In this document: positions 1 to 9,130 of the stretch, one piece after another
Numbering within the stretch: the stretch's first letter is position 1
Layout of the letters: every line of letters begins with the position of its first letter
Origin: an uncultured Acidimicrobiia bacterium
Lineage (GTDB): Bacteria; Actinomycetota; Acidimicrobiia; Acidimicrobiales; JACDCH01
Length of the DNA stretch: 64,000 bases
Direction of reading: 5' to 3'
Assembly: GCA_963721305.1 (NCBI GenBank)
Contig: CAVRIR010000006.1
Span: 119,224-183,223 of the forward strand
Position numbers and translations under genes: made by a program
The notes under the pieces: generated by a model
Seen by the model: only the letters and a program-made list of their open reading frames with translations
Told to the model about the DNA's origin: nothing
Database searches by the model: none

Positions 1-35
1 CACGGGAAGCACGACAACCTCGAGCTTCAAATCCA

Positions 36-626
36 TCATTTGCTCCTCCATTCGTCGGGTCTCTTGTCCCAGCCGTGAAAACTCGACCAGTCTCCGTCCG
101 TCCACGCCTCCCGGAGGCCTGGGGCGCTGAGGTCCCAGTCCGGGCGAATCTCCGCCGTCGCATCCCGGAGATCACGCCAGAGGTCAGTCGTCGAGGGGCG
201 CCCCCAGAACCAGTAGCCGTTGTAGATCGAGTGGACGACGAGCCCGGGTTTGAGCACCAGGGTGTGAGGGACCATCGGGTCGTGCTCAGGGTCGGTGTAC
301 TCCTGGATGTCCAGATCCTTCTGGACGATCCGCCCGGGATCAGAGAGAAACGGCCATTGGGCGCCGACCGACGCCCGGAACTCCTGGAGCACGTGATGGT
401 CGTCGGTCGAGATCGTGACGATTCGGGTGTAGGCCACCGCGACCTTCGACTGGAACGCCGCCAACTCCAGGTGTTGCTGGTGCTCCTTGGGGCAGTAGTG
501 GCCGCGCGACAAGGTGAGGACGAGCGGGTCCTCGCCCTGCAACTCGCTGAGGGAACGCAGCGTGTCGGTGTGATCGGGCAGCGAATAATCGGGGAACACA
601 CCTCCGGGAACGATCTCGGAACGCAT
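36..626 (-). CDS. Peroxiredoxin-like thioredoxin-fold protein (AhpC/TSA-redoxin family)
   Basis: ORF 36..650. I prefer the ATG at 626 (MRSEIVPGGVFPDY...) because GAGGAG lies ~8 nt upstream. 'PLVLTLSRGHYCPKEHQQHLELAAF' resembles the Cys-Pro active-site segment of AhpC/TSA-type proteins. Confidence 0.7.
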   Translation of the reverse strand: MRSEIVPGGVFPDYSLPDHTDTLRSLSELQGEDPLVLTLSRGHYCPKEHQQHLELAAFQSKVAVAYTRIVTISTDDHHVLQEFRASVGAQWPFLSDPGRIVQKDLDIQEYTDPEHDPMVPHTLVLKPGLVVHSIYNGYWFWGRPSTTDLWRDLRDATAEIRPDWDLSAPGLREAWTDGDWSSFHGWDKRPDEWRSK

Positions 627-702
627 CAGATAGCTCCTCTTCATGCACATGTTTGTGGGGTCGGCCCGCTGGCGCGGCCTTGGGATTCGACCGTGCTCGT
701 GG

Positions 703-1209
703 TCATCGGCGCCGGTCGAAAGCAGCGAAAGCGGCTGCAGTTGCCGCTCCGTACACCAGGTGGGCCGACAAGTCCTCGCCGAGGGTGCGGGCGTCGTAGT
801 CCCAGATCGGCTTGTAGACCTTGGTCAGCGGAAGGATGACGTAGCCGGCCAGCCAAGCCGCGGGGCCCAACGCCAGCGCCCGAAGCCAGGGGTGGCGGGA
901 CGTCCTCCCGGCCAGCACCCCGTATTGGAGGCCCCAACCGATACCGGTGGCCCAGTGCACGGCGTTGGTCGTGGCGCGGGCCCAGTCGTCGGGTGGCGGC
1001 CGGCCCATCACTGCGCGCTCGAACTTCTGCCCGAGTTGGCCCGGCGCCGACGCGTCCTGCCAGCTCGTCACGCCCGCCGCTGACTCCCAAGGCCAGAAGG
1101 AATCCTTGCCCCCGCTGCTCCGGTACCGGCGGTAGAGCAGGTAGTCCATTGCTGCGGTGCCGGCCGTACCCGCCAGCATGCCGGCGGCAAGGGTTCGGGT
1201 GAGGGGCAC
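703..1209 (-). CDS. Hypothetical membrane protein
   Basis: Only the 3' ~165 codons of the 352-aa ORF look protein-like, with hydrophobic helices 'LAAGMLAGTAGTAAMDYLLY', 'WATGIGWGLQYGVLAG', 'LALGPAAWLAGYVILPL' and 'LVYGAATAAAFAAF'. GTG 1209 is preceded by AGGAGG; ATG 1179 is the alternative start. The upstream part is Arg-rich noise. Confidence 0.5.
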   Translation of the reverse strand: MPLTRTLAAGMLAGTAGTAAMDYLLYRRYRSSGGKDSFWPWESAAGVTSWQDASAPGQLGQKFERAVMGRPPPDDWARATTNAVHWATGIGWGLQYGVLAGRTSRHPWLRALALGPAAWLAGYVILPLTKVYKPIWDYDARTLGEDLSAHLVYGAATAAAFAAFDRRR

Positions 1210-1307
1210 GAGAACAGCCTCCTGATCACGCCCTCGTGGGGCGCGCCTGGTCACGGCGCCGGCGCGCGCCGATCGGTCCACTATCGGGCTCTCGGGCTCG
1301 ACTGTCT

Positions 1308-1934
1308 TCACTCGATTTGGGTGAGATCGTCGAAAGCGGGGTCGCTGGGATGCGGCGACAGCGGGGTCGTCTCCACCTTCATTCGATCGATCATCGGCAG
1401 CGACTCGAGGACGGTCTGCATCTGGTCGGCATCCCGCGCCCGCCAGAGGCCGAGCGCGCGTGATCCTGTGGGTGGTCGAGGGAGCGTCCAGAGGCGGATG
1501 AGATGGCCCTCGTCGGCCAGTTGGCGCGACCGATGGGCCTCGCTGTCTCGTACGTGTTGTGCGATGTTCGGCGGAACGTCGAAAGTCGTCAGGAACTCCG
1601 GCGTTCGTGTCGGTGTGCTGCGAGGTGTTGGACCCGGGTCGTTGGCGTGGGCCGCGAGGTCCACGACGGTGTCGGTGCGCCATATGCGCAACGGCATCGA
1701 CGAGAGCACGTCTTCGAGCGCGGCTGCGTTGGCAGCGGAGAACAGACCCAACGTGCGCCACTCGCCGGGTTGCAGCGGCGGCCGCCAGAGTCGCAGCAGA
1801 TTTCCAGCGACCGCCAATTGCCGGGCGCGGTCGCTCTCACGCCGGCGCATGTCGTCGACGACCTCGGTGGAGGTTGCATCGGGCACCCGGGTCGTCATCG
1901 TCACGAGATATTCCACGCGGGCGGGTCGGCTCAC
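1308..1934 (-). CDS. Tandem muconolactone delta-isomerase-like domain protein
   Basis: 208-aa ORF with two self-similar halves. They are 'EYLVTMTTRVPD..RARQLAVAGNLLRLWRPPLQPGEWRTLGLFSAANAAALEDVLSSMPLRIW' and 'EFLTTFDVPPN..RSRQLADEGHLIRLWTLPRPPTGSRALGLWRARDADQMQTVLESLPMIDRM'. Both fit the MIase-type ferredoxin-like pattern. Confidence 0.65.
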   Translation of the reverse strand: MSRPARVEYLVTMTTRVPDATSTEVVDDMRRRESDRARQLAVAGNLLRLWRPPLQPGEWRTLGLFSAANAAALEDVLSSMPLRIWRTDTVVDLAAHANDPGPTPRSTPTRTPEFLTTFDVPPNIAQHVRDSEAHRSRQLADEGHLIRLWTLPRPPTGSRALGLWRARDADQMQTVLESLPMIDRMKVETTPLSPHPSDPAFDDLTQIE

Positions 1935-1941
1935 CGACTGG

Positions 1942-2559
1942 TCACTGACCGGGGTGCCGGAAATCCACGGCTGGAAGGCCGCTGACCTCGTGCTTGCTCA
2001 TCGACAACCGGATGCCGTCATGGCTCACGGATCCGACAGCGGCGATGGGAACGGCGACCTCTTTGCGGCCGAACAGGTGACCTTCCTTCAGCAGGAGGTG
2101 AGAGACGTGACGGGTGGCGCCGTCGACGATGAGCCCCTCGACCTCGCCGATCCATCCGTCGGTGGCGTGCAGCTGCTCGCCCCTCTGTACCGCGACCTCA
2201 CTCACCGGCAAGGTCGCTACCACTTGGGGTACCTGAGCTTCTCCTTCGTAGTAAGGCCACAGGAGAACCTCGTCGGTGTCGTACCCCGACTCCGTGTAGC
2301 CCTCGATGCCTTGCAGGAACCGCACCGCCTCGACCTCCTCGAGGCGGACGAATTCGTCCCTGGTGCAGCGGAGATCGACGTGATCAGGGCCCGGCGTCGC
2401 CAGGCCGATGGGCACGAGCCGGCCTCGGCCCTTCCGGTGTTCCGGCTCGACGATCAGGTGGGTCAGGGTCGCGTCGACCGGGTCGAGCACCACCTGCGCG
2501 ACATGTCCGCAGACGCCGTCGGTGCACCGGGCCTCGACCCCCAAGGAGAAAGCGGTCAT
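1942..2559 (-). CDS. PRC-barrel domain protein
   Basis: 205-aa ORF whose ATG overlaps the GH15 stop (ATGA at 2556-2559). It has two PRC-barrel-like halves ('THLIVEPEHRKGRGRLVPI', 'VSHLLLKEGHLFGRKEVAVPI'). Confidence 0.6.
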   Translation of the reverse strand: MTAFSLGVEARCTDGVCGHVAQVVLDPVDATLTHLIVEPEHRKGRGRLVPIGLATPGPDHVDLRCTRDEFVRLEEVEAVRFLQGIEGYTESGYDTDEVLLWPYYEGEAQVPQVVATLPVSEVAVQRGEQLHATDGWIGEVEGLIVDGATRHVSHLLLKEGHLFGRKEVAVPIAAVGSVSHDGIRLSMSKHEVSGLPAVDFRHPGQ

Positions 2560-4448
2560 GACGGAAAGCCTCCCACCGCGGTTTCATTTTCGGCGATGGC
2601 CCAAGCCGCGTTGACGAGGCCGATGTGACTGAATGCCTGGGGGAAGTTGCCGAGGAGCTCGTCGCTGGCGGCGTCGACTTCTTCGGCCAGCAGGCCGACA
2701 TCGTTGACGAACACGACCGCCCGTTCGAACACGGCGGTAGCCCGATCCGTCTGGCCGGCCATGGCCAATGCCTGGGCCAGCCAGAAGGTGCAGAGCAGGA
2801 AAGCGCCTTCCTGGCCGTGGAGACCGTCGGCGGCGCGGTAGCGGTAGACGAGCCCTCGCTTGTCGGTGAGCCGTTCCTCGGTGGCGTCGAGCGTGGCCAG
2901 CACCTTGGGATCGTTGGGCGGAAGGAATCCGATCAACGGGACCATCAGGTTCGAGGCGTCGAGATCGTCGCTGCCGAATGACTGCGTGAACGCGTCGGCC
3001 CGGTCGCTCCAACCCTCGCTCAGAATGGCCTGGCGGATCTGATCGCCGGCCTGTGTCCACGCGTCGACGTGGTCCATCGCGTTGAGGCGGTCTGCCAGAG
3101 CGACTGCCCGGTCGACCGCGACCCAGCACATCAATTTCGAGTAGACGTAATGGCGCGGTTCTCCCCGAACTTCCCAGATTCCATGGTCTTTCTCGGCCCA
3201 TCGCCGGGCCGCGATATCGGCGAGACCGACGAGGAATTGTCTGGTCGCCGGCGCCAGCGCCGGCGACCGGTCCCATCTGTGGGGAGCGGCCAGAGGGCCG
3301 ACTCGGCGAGCCGTCTGGTCGAAGAGGCGGTCTGACAATCGGAACACCGCGCTGAGCACTTCGCCATAGACATCGAGTTGGCGCTGGCGCCACGCGTCGT
3401 TGCCGACCCGCACCGGAGCGGAATGTCGCCACCCGTCCAATTGAGGCAGCGTCCGCTCGGTCAAGTCCCGCTCGCCGCCGATCCCGAACATGATCTGCAA
3501 ATCGCCGCCATGATCGAGCGAGCCCGCAGCAGAAGCGGTCATGTAGTCAAAGAACTCGTTGGCTTCGTCGGGACACGCCGCCACCCACAACGCCTCGATC
3601 GTGAACGAAGCGTCGCGGACCCAGGCGTGCCGGTAGTCCCAGTTCCGGGCGCCCCCGACGATCTCGGGCAGCGACGTCGTCGCCGCCGCGCAGATCGCTC
3701 CGGTGGGTTGGAACGACAGTGCCTGCAGCACCCGCCCGCTGTGCTGAACCAGATCCCGCCACGGACCGTCGTAGGCCTGGTGCAGGTCGGACCACGACTG
3801 CCACGCCAGCACAGTGTCGTCCAGGCGGACCGTGATCTCGCTCTGGCTCCAGCTTCTCGCCTTGTCGGTGTCGGCCAGTTTGTGGTGGTGCAGTGCGAAC
3901 GCGGCCTGCTCGCCTTCACGGAGGTGCAACCGGCCGCTCGCCGACGAGTCCGCCATCGCCAACGGAATTGGGCACGACAGGAAGAGGACGTCGGCACCTC
4001 CGGTCGCAGCCACGCCGCCCTCGACCTCCTCCAGGAGCGGAAAGACCAACCCGTACTCGGGCCGGGGGACATACTCGACCTCGATCTCGACCTCCCCCTC
4101 GGTGCACGTTGCCTGCCGCACCAGCAGGTGAGGCGCTCCCCGCCCGAGGTCGTGCCCTCGGTTGCCGTGTCCGGTGACCAACGCATCAACCACGACGGCC
4201 ACGCCGGTCGCCGTTCGGGTCGTCGTCTCCAACACCATCGTGCGATCGAGATAACGCCGGGCCACGGCGGTGGATCCCGTTGCCCGCAGCGTCCAGTGAC
4301 CGGCCGCGTCGCCCAGCAGTCGGCCGAAGATCGACGGGCTGTCGAACCTCGGGAAGCACAGCCAGTCGATCGACCCGTTCAGGTCCACCAACGCCGCGCT
4401 GTGCCGGTCGGACAACAAGGCGTAATCGCCGATGGCGGTGTCGGTCAT
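2556..4448 (-). CDS. Glycoside hydrolase family 15 protein (glucoamylase/trehalase-like)
   Basis: ORF 2556..4472. ATG 4448 gives 'MTDTAIGDYALLSDRHSAALVDLNGSIDWLCFPRFDSPSIFGRLL', the usual GH15 N-terminus. Also present are 'NWDYRHAWVRDASFT' and 'GLLAEEVD...GNFPQAFSHIGLVNAA'. Confidence 0.85.
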   Translation of the reverse strand: MTDTAIGDYALLSDRHSAALVDLNGSIDWLCFPRFDSPSIFGRLLGDAAGHWTLRATGSTAVARRYLDRTMVLETTTRTATGVAVVVDALVTGHGNRGHDLGRGAPHLLVRQATCTEGEVEIEVEYVPRPEYGLVFPLLEEVEGGVAATGGADVLFLSCPIPLAMADSSASGRLHLREGEQAAFALHHHKLADTDKARSWSQSEITVRLDDTVLAWQSWSDLHQAYDGPWRDLVQHSGRVLQALSFQPTGAICAAATTSLPEIVGGARNWDYRHAWVRDASFTIEALWVAACPDEANEFFDYMTASAAGSLDHGGDLQIMFGIGGERDLTERTLPQLDGWRHSAPVRVGNDAWRQRQLDVYGEVLSAVFRLSDRLFDQTARRVGPLAAPHRWDRSPALAPATRQFLVGLADIAARRWAEKDHGIWEVRGEPRHYVYSKLMCWVAVDRAVALADRLNAMDHVDAWTQAGDQIRQAILSEGWSDRADAFTQSFGSDDLDASNLMVPLIGFLPPNDPKVLATLDATEERLTDKRGLVYRYRAADGLHGQEGAFLLCTFWLAQALAMAGQTDRATAVFERAVVFVNDVGLLAEEVDAASDELLGNFPQAFSHIGLVNAAWAIAENETAVGGFPS

Positions 4449-4452
4449 TGAT

Positions 4453-5277
4453 TCACACCCGCGGTTCGACATCGTCGTAGGTGCGCACCGCCGCGAGGAG
4501 ACCGTCAGGCCCTCGCTCGAAGACCGCGATTCCCGCCTGCGGGGGCAGGTCGGTCGTGCCCCACCTGACGCAGTTGTACTCCAGCGCGAACCGCACGCCG
4601 TCGTCGGTCACACAACACACCTCGAGAGCGATGCCACCGCCGCCACTGAAGGACTTGGCGAAGTACGAACGCAGCTCGGCTGTGCCGCGATGGGAGTAGC
4701 TCGGTCCCAACGGTTCACGGACGTACCCGTCCGGCTCGAACGTTGCCACGATGGCGTCGATGTCCCCGGCGCCCAGCGCGGCGTGGTAGCGACCGACGAC
4801 ATCGTTGAGGTCGATCCTGTCCTCCTCGAGAATGGCCGGCCTCAAATGGTGCTCACCAAACATGGGACGCTGGCTGCAGTAGGTGCGGAACATCACCGAC
4901 TGATCGTCGACGGACTCAGCAACCACTGCCAGCGGCCAACTCACCTCCTTGCCATCGTCCGCGGCCAGGTGGGCCAGGATCTCCACGACAGCCCGATTAC
5001 CGGAACAGGTCGATGCCACCGACTCGGTTGTCGCGTGACGCTCCCCCAACCACAACCGGTTCCGGCGGACGAACCGCCGCAGCTGCCGGTGCCCTTGGAC
5101 CTGCCCAGCCCGGGGGTCGTAGATGACTATCCGGCCCGGCCACACCGTTTCGAGAGCGTCAGCATCGCCCTCTTCCAACGCAGTGAAGAACTGGGCGACC
5201 GGGTCAGCCAGACCGGCGGCGCGAGTCTGCCTGCGGGCAAGTTCCACGGCCGCGACAAAGTCGGGGAACCAGGGCAT
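4453..5277 (-). CDS. NTF2-like (SnoaL/ketosteroid-isomerase-like) two-domain protein
   Basis: I take ATG 5277 (MPWFPDFVAAVELARR...) as the start. The 160 codons upstream in the 434-aa ORF run antisense through the VOC gene. There are two NTF2-like halves ('FFTALEEGDADALETVW', 'RYHAALGAGDIDAIVATFEPDGYVREP'). Confidence 0.6.
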   Translation of the reverse strand: MPWFPDFVAAVELARRQTRAAGLADPVAQFFTALEEGDADALETVWPGRIVIYDPRAGQVQGHRQLRRFVRRNRLWLGERHATTESVASTCSGNRAVVEILAHLAADDGKEVSWPLAVVAESVDDQSVMFRTYCSQRPMFGEHHLRPAILEEDRIDLNDVVGRYHAALGAGDIDAIVATFEPDGYVREPLGPSYSHRGTAELRSYFAKSFSGGGGIALEVCCVTDDGVRFALEYNCVRWGTTDLPPQAGIAVFERGPDGLLAAVRTYDDVEPRV

Positions 5278-5373
5278 TGAACTCACTATGGCGCATCGGC
5301 GCTCCTTTTGATCCCGCCAGTGCAACAGGATTGAACGACGACGCCACCACTCGCCAGCACCAAAGGAGGGCCT

Positions 5374-5826
5374 GTGTCCGCGACACCCCCGTTTCCCGCT
5401 CCCGCCGAAGGAATCGTTCTCGCCCACTTCATCGTGTCTGAGGACGTCGAACGTTCTCGCCGCTTCTACACCGAGGTGCTCGGCGGTCAGGCGGTCACGA
5501 CCGGAGAGCCCTCCTATGTCGCGCTCGCCAATGGCTGGATCATCATCAATCGCGGCGGTGGCCCGACCGACGACAAACCGACCGTCACCCTCGAGATCCC
5601 GCCAGACCCGAGTCGGACCAGCAGCTTCCTCAACATCCGAGTCGCCGACATCCACTCCGTGTACGACGAGTGGAGCGCGCGCGGGGCGCAGTTCCTCACC
5701 ACCCCGAAGCAACACGAAACCGAGATCCGCTGCTACATCCGCGACCCGGATGGACATCTCATCGAGGTCGGCCAGACCACGGCAGCCCTTCGAGGTCAGC
5801 AGCCGGGCCCAGAGAGGACGTCATGA
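5374..5826 (+). CDS. VOC/glyoxalase-family protein
   Basis: 150-aa ORF with a GTG start. 'LAHFIVSEDVERSRRFYTEVLGG' and 'CYIRDPDGHLIEVGQ' are typical paired beta-alpha-beta-beta-beta VOC modules. Confidence 0.7.
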   Translation: MSATPPFPAPAEGIVLAHFIVSEDVERSRRFYTEVLGGQAVTTGEPSYVALANGWIIINRGGGPTDDKPTVTLEIPPDPSRTSSFLNIRVADIHSVYDEWSARGAQFLTTPKQHETEIRCYIRDPDGHLIEVGQTTAALRGQQPGPERTS

Positions 5827-5856
5827 CGCGGGAGCGTGCGATACGCGACCTCGGCG

Positions 5857-6567
5857 TCAACGACCCGCGGCCTGACCGCCGTCTATGTGCAAGATCTCGC
5901 CGGTGACAAACGAGGCCTGCTCGAGATAGAGGATCCCATCGACGACGTCGTCGATTTCGCCAAGCCGGCCAATGGGATGGGCGCCGGCCACACCTTCGTA
6001 CGACGCCGGGTCGTGTGAGGGCGTCTTGATGACTCCGAGGGAGACGGCGTTGACCCGGATCCCACGCGATGCGTATTCGATCGCCAGCGACCGCGTCACC
6101 GCAGCGAGTCCACCTTTCGTGAGGGCCGCCAGCGCAGAGGGTCTGGTGCTGTCGGCGTGGTCGACGAGGCTGGTGCTGATGTTGACGACGTGGCCGCTGC
6201 CCTGGGTCAGCATCTGTCGGATCGAGCGCTGAGTGATGTGGAAGAACCCGGTCAGATTCACGGCAGTGATGGCAGCAAAGTCGTCGGGGGTGTAGTCGGT
6301 GAAGGGCTTGCCGATGTAGATCCCCGCGTTGTTGATGAGAGTGTCGATCCGTCCGAACCGGCCGCGTGCCTGCTCGACCACGCGTCGGGCGGTATCGACG
6401 TCTGTGATGTCACCCTGCACTGTGAGAAGGTCGGATTCGTCGGCGGCGGGGATCGCGCGCGAGGTGGCGACTACGGCGTATCCCGCACGACGGAACGCGG
6501 TTGCGAGACCTGCGCCGATTCCCCGATCAGCGCCGGTGATGATCACGACTCTCTGTGACTCGCTCAT
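5857..6567 (-). CDS. SDR-family oxidoreductase
   Basis: ATG 6567 (MSESQRVVIITGADRGIGAGLA...) is preceded by GGAGG. It carries the TGxxxGxG Rossmann motif and 'NNAGIY', with a length of ~236 aa. The longer 289-aa ORF start overlaps the divergent MOSC gene. Confidence 0.85.
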   Translation of the reverse strand: MSESQRVVIITGADRGIGAGLATAFRRAGYAVVATSRAIPAADESDLLTVQGDITDVDTARRVVEQARGRFGRIDTLINNAGIYIGKPFTDYTPDDFAAITAVNLTGFFHITQRSIRQMLTQGSGHVVNISTSLVDHADSTRPSALAALTKGGLAAVTRSLAIEYASRGIRVNAVSLGVIKTPSHDPASYEGVAGAHPIGRLGEIDDVVDGILYLEQASFVTGEILHIDGGQAAGR

Positions 6568-6637
6568 TCGTCCTCCGTTCTCAGAGACGGTGCGTCCTCG
6601 CGGCCTACCGTCGTGTCGACCAAAGAGAGGTTCGACG

Positions 6638-8410
6638 ATGTCGCAGAGTGTTGCCAGGCTCGTCTCGGTCAATGTCGGACTGCCGCAGGAGATCACGTGG
6701 CACGGGAAGACCGTGTTCACCGGCATCTGGAAGGAACCTGTCGAGGGGCCACGCGCCGTCCGCCGTCTGAACGTTGACGGTGACGGCCAGGGTGATCGGG
6801 AGGGTCACGGAGGCGAGCAGCGGGCCGTGTACGTGTACCAACTCGACTCGTACCGGTACTGGCAGGACCAGATGCACCGCGACGACTTCACCTTCGGCCA
6901 GTTCGGCGAGAACTTCACGGTCGAGGGACTTGGCGATGACGAGGTCTGCGTCGGCGACCGATACCGCATCGGCTCCGCGCTCTTCGAGGTCACCCAACCG
7001 CGGGTCACGTGCTATCGGGTCGGAATTCGGATGGACGAGCCGCGCATGGCTGCGCTCCTGGTTGCGCACGGCCGTCCGGGGTTCTACTTCCGGGTCATCG
7101 AAGAGGGCGACGTTCAGGCCGGCGACGACGTGACGACGGTCGGGACCGGGCCCGAGGGGATGACGGTCGCAGAAGTCAACGCGCTCCTCTACCTCGGCGG
7201 CCGTCGCGACGTCGAGCAACTCCGGCGCGCTCTTCGCATCCCCGCGCTCAGCCCGGGCTGGCAGCGGTCGCTGCAAGCGCTCCTCGAGGAGGAGCTCCGG
7301 CAATCGCCCGGCGGAGGGAACGCCGGACTCAAGACGCTCGGTCCACCGCCGGCGTGGCGCGGCTTCCGCACGCTCCGGGTCGCGGCGAAGCAAGCAGAGA
7401 GCAGCAACGTCGTGTCCCTGGACCTTGGCGCCGACGATGGTCAGCCCATGCCCCGCGCCGAACCGGGGCAATTCATCACGGTCAAACTCCGGGCGCGCCC
7501 GGATTCCTCTCCACTCGTGCGCAGCTATTCGCTCTCAGGAGCACCGGGAGATGTCACGTACAGGATCGCCGTCAAGGTCGAACCCCACGGCGCCGCTGGC
7601 CAGTACATCCGGGCCGAGGTCCGCGTCGGCGACCAAATAGAGGTCGGAGCGCCACGAGGACTGTTCAGCCTCGACGACAGTGACCGGCCCGTCGTGCTCG
7701 TCAGCGCGGGCGTTGGCGTGACACCGGTGCTGGCCATGTTGCACGCGCTCCACGACCGCCGTTCTACCCGTGACATCTGGTGGCTCCACGGCGCTCGGAA
7801 CAGATCCGAACACGCCTTCGCCCAGGAGACCAACGCACTCCTGGACGACCTGGCCCACGTGCACCGCCACATCTGGTACAGCCGGCCAGGCGCTACGGAC
7901 CGCACCGACACCGACTACGACGCTGTCGGGCGCATCACGCCAGAGGCCCTGGAATCGGCAGGCGTTCCCATCGATGGCATGTACTACCTGTGCGGACCAA
8001 CTCCGTTCATGGACGCGCTTCGCCAGGGACTGGCTGCACTCGGGGTTGCCGCGGAACGCTTGCACACCGAGGTCTTCGGTGCAGAAGGGTCCATCACGCC
8101 CGGAGTCGTCGTAGGTCCGGTGCGGGCGCCACATCAGCCTGACGCACCAGGCTCGGGCCCACTCATCTCGTTCGTGCGCACCGGGCTCAACGTCCGTTGG
8201 GGTGACGGCCGCACCAGCATCCTCGAGTTGGCGGAGGCCTGTGACATCCCGGTGCGGTGGTCGTGTCGCAGCGGTGTCTGCCACACGTGCGAGACCGGTC
8301 TGCTCGACGGAACGGTCGACTACTCCCCCGAGCCGCTCGACGCGCCCGCCGACGGCAACCTGCTCGTGTGCTGCTCACAACCCAACACCGACCTCGCCAT
8401 CGACCTCTAG
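6638..8410 (+). CDS. MOSC domain / FAD-NAD(P) ferredoxin-reductase / 2Fe-2S ferredoxin fusion oxidoreductase
   Basis: ATG 6638 (MSQSVARLVSVNVGLPQEITWHGKTVFTGIWK...) opens the MOSC beta-barrel. This is followed by an FNR-like module ('RSYSLSG', 'GVGVTPVLAML', 'YYLCGPTPFM') and a C-terminal plant-type 2Fe-2S motif 'CRSGVCHTCETGLLDG'. Confidence 0.85.
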   Translation: MSQSVARLVSVNVGLPQEITWHGKTVFTGIWKEPVEGPRAVRRLNVDGDGQGDREGHGGEQRAVYVYQLDSYRYWQDQMHRDDFTFGQFGENFTVEGLGDDEVCVGDRYRIGSALFEVTQPRVTCYRVGIRMDEPRMAALLVAHGRPGFYFRVIEEGDVQAGDDVTTVGTGPEGMTVAEVNALLYLGGRRDVEQLRRALRIPALSPGWQRSLQALLEEELRQSPGGGNAGLKTLGPPPAWRGFRTLRVAAKQAESSNVVSLDLGADDGQPMPRAEPGQFITVKLRARPDSSPLVRSYSLSGAPGDVTYRIAVKVEPHGAAGQYIRAEVRVGDQIEVGAPRGLFSLDDSDRPVVLVSAGVGVTPVLAMLHALHDRRSTRDIWWLHGARNRSEHAFAQETNALLDDLAHVHRHIWYSRPGATDRTDTDYDAVGRITPEALESAGVPIDGMYYLCGPTPFMDALRQGLAALGVAAERLHTEVFGAEGSITPGVVVGPVRAPHQPDAPGSGPLISFVRTGLNVRWGDGRTSILELAEACDIPVRWSCRSGVCHTCETGLLDGTVDYSPEPLDAPADGNLLVCCSQPNTDLAIDL

Positions 8411-8542
8411 GGCTGGTGTTGCGACACAGCAGTGTTTCGAAATAGACTTGTGTAGATAGCGACGAGACAACCGGCGAAAGGGCACCTCCTTGACTTGGTC
8501 ACGTTTCGCTGCGACCGAAGGTGAGCTCGCGGGTCAACAGTC

Positions 8543-9130
8543 ATGAACACGACAACCTCCGGGACGCGGCCCGGGCGGCACCGCAGCGAAGCGGCCAACC
8601 AGGCGATCCTCGATGCCACGCTCGCCGTTCTCGCGGAGCAGGGCTACGCCGGGCTCACGGTTGCCGCTGTCATCGAACGGTCGGGAGTCTCGTCGGCGAC
8701 GCTCTACCGGCGGTACGCCACAAAGGCCGAACTCGTCACCGCCGCGATCACGACGCTGCTGCCGTTGCCTGTCGACATCGACACCGGCTCGTTCGAGACC
8801 GACCTCAGCGCGTTCATCCGCAGCGTGGCGCAGTCGATCGAACGGCGCAATGAGCGCGTCGTGCAGGCGCTGCGCATCGAGAAGGCACGCGATCCCGAAC
8901 TGAACGCGTACCTGCGCGAGCACTTCCTCACCCCCCGGCTCGCGAACCTCAAGGCGATCCTCACACGAGCCAAGCGGCGAGGCGAGATCGACACCGTCCC
9001 TCCCGTTGACGTCGCGCTCAGCCTCGTCACTGGCCCGCTGTACCACCGGGCGTATCACCTCGACAAGCCGCTCAACCCCGCGTTCGTGAAGAACACCATT
9101 GCGTTTGCGGTTCGAGCGCTCCGCGCATGA
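8543..9130 (+). CDS. TetR-family transcriptional regulator
   Basis: 195 aa. The N-terminal HTH 'ILDATLAVLAEQGYAGLTVAAVIERSGVSSATLYRRYATKAEL' is the TetR signature. The stop overlaps the MFS start (ATGA at 9127-9130). Confidence 0.85.
   Translation: MNTTTSGTRPGRHRSEAANQAILDATLAVLAEQGYAGLTVAAVIERSGVSSATLYRRYATKAELVTAAITTLLPLPVDIDTGSFETDLSAFIRSVAQSIERRNERVVQALRIEKARDPELNAYLREHFLTPRLANLKAILTRAKRRGEIDTVPPVDVALSLVTGPLYHRAYHLDKPLNPAFVKNTIAFAVRALRA

Noticed and set aside
8411-8542. TetR operator in the tetR-MFS upstream region
   Set aside because: Only weak, imperfect inverted repeats (e.g. GGTCAC...GCGACC) were found, and nothing convincing enough to annotate.
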